DNA of 63,182 nucleotides, filler included, from Folioceros fuciformis (lineage: Eukaryota): NCBI GenBank assembly GCA_049999805.1. It is 12 parts of 12 records of this genome, joined end to end, with 100 filler letters (N's around TTAATTAATTAA, not from the genome) between each part and the next. Parts side by side here need not be neighbours in the genome. Positions count along the whole stretch, not along the records: positions 56,456 to 61,975 come from JBNGIO010000264.1; positions 62,076 to 63,182 come from JBNGIO010000268.1; 10 more parts are not named here. One strand, 5' to 3'. The first letter of the stretch is position 1. Each line of letters begins with the position of its first letter. The notes below the pieces were generated by a model, which saw nothing but the letters and a program-made list of their open reading frames with translations, made no database searches and was not told the origin of the DNA. Position numbers and translations under genes: made by a program. Positions 61,793 to 63,182 of this stretch are shown one piece after another.

Positions 61793-61975
61793 ACATGGAA
61801 TACCGGATTGAGGGTCATAGCAATAGCAGATTGATTGGACATGGAATACCGGATTGAGGGTCATAGCAATAGCAGATTGATTGGACATGGAATACCGGAT
61901 TGAGGGTCATAGCAATAGCAGATTGATTGGACATGGAATACCGGATTGAGGGTCATAGCAATAGCAGATTGATTG
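61747..61975. repeat. Perfect 46-bp tandem repeat, 5 copies, running into a gap
   Basis: Unit ACATGGAATACCGGATTGAGGGTCATAGCAATAGCAGATTGATTGG starts at 61747, 61793, 61839, 61885 and 61931. Confidence 0.97.
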
Positions 61976-63182
61976 NNNNNNNNNNNNNNNNNNNNNNNNN
62001 NNNNNNNNNNNNNNNNNNNTTAATTAATTAANNNNNNNNNNNNNNNNNNNNNNNNNNNNNNNNNNNNNNNNNNNNCTACCTTCTACACTTCCCTATTGAC
62101 TCCTCCTACCCGGCAAGAGTCATTAGACTAACCCCAAAGAAAAGAAAGAAGGGAATACACTCCCCTCTCGGATATCTCCTCCCCACAACCTTACCAGACG
62201 CCATGAAACATGACTGGCCTACAGCACTTGTCCAAACAGGGAACAAGAGTGGACAGGTCGAGAAAAAGACACATCCTTTACAATCAAGAGCTAGGGGCAA
62301 GCCCTTTCACCCTGGACATTACACCTTGTGATCCTACCAGACACTGTACAACCGGCAACACACGGCTTGCGATCCTACCAGACGTTGCACAACCAGCAAC
62401 ACACTGCAGGTCCTATACCAAGCAAGGACAGACCACAAGACTCATGAGGAGAGACCTCAAAGAGCTCACGAAGTGATAGACTAACTCCCAAAGTGAATGA
62501 CTACCTCCTCCTACAGGCTCACCTGATCTTACAGGAGCCTCTCTCTCTCTGACTTCACCTCTCTCTAACTTGACAAATATTATTTTAATAGGACCACTAG
62601 CCTAGTCGGTTGTCACCAGCCACTTATTTAGACTTCTAGCACATCCTGCCACCAATGAGCTGGCCCTACCACCGCAAGGATCTACCACCTCTTAGACTAT
62701 CATGAGACTTCGGAGGATGTTTTATCTCCAAAGATATGCGGACGCCGCCTCTTCCTTACTGGATGGCAGCCCGCTAAGTCTTCCCCTGCAACTGTTCACC
62801 CTTGGTGGCTAAGCCAACCTCCAGGGGAGGAGCATGAGCAATGGGAAAGATAGAGAAGAGGTGGGAAGGAGTGGGATCAGCAGCCGGAACCTGGCCTGAA
62901 AACGGTAGCTTATTCAGCGGAATCAGCTTCCAGCCGAAATGGTTCCTTGGCCATGGAAGACTAACCCTGGGGTGCTGGAATAGGCCCCGAACTAGGAGGG
63001 AAAGAAAGCAGGTGAAATAGAGTCGAATTGGAATGTATGGAATTAAATCCAGAAAATAGGGGTGAAAATAGAATAGGGAAAATTAGGAAAATAAAAAGAA
63101 AAGAAATATGGAATACGTATCAATACATATGAATACATATCTAAACCATATAAAATACAAAAAGGGGGGGAGGTACGTATAC

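Noticed and set aside
53113..61975. The 45-bp and 46-bp repeats as CRISPR arrays
   Set aside because: Units are contiguous with no unique spacers, there are no cas genes, and the context is eukaryotic.

Overview
Eukaryotic plant nuclear DNA, most likely a hornwort or another early-diverging land plant. This is inferred from ~90-150 bp introns, PLS-class PPRs with a 'WW'-type PG box and a long 'LL'-type L motif. The window is not one locus: eleven identical 100-bp artificial joins (N44-TTAATTAATTAA-N44) split it into 12 segments. The gene-rich segment 1-24894 holds a lipocalin 3' end, a PPR pseudogene, mitochondrial ATP synthase epsilon, three tandem GH3 acyl-amido synthetase genes (one with two in-frame TAG stops), two tandem long PLS-E(+) PPR editing-factor genes and an hnRNP-Q-like RRM gene. 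Segment 32053-43146 holds a gypsy gag/LTR, PPR pseudogenes, a SET-domain methyltransferase and a GT37 xyloglucan fucosyltransferase. Near the end is a short, probably secreted polyphenol oxidase lacking the C-terminal shield domain. The rest is mostly decayed copia/gypsy retroelements, minisatellites and microsatellites. I found no CRISPR array, RNA gene or clearly novel multi-gene system. The best leads are the atypical PPO, the internally amplified PPR pair and the GH3 cluster. All gene models and alignments were made by eye.
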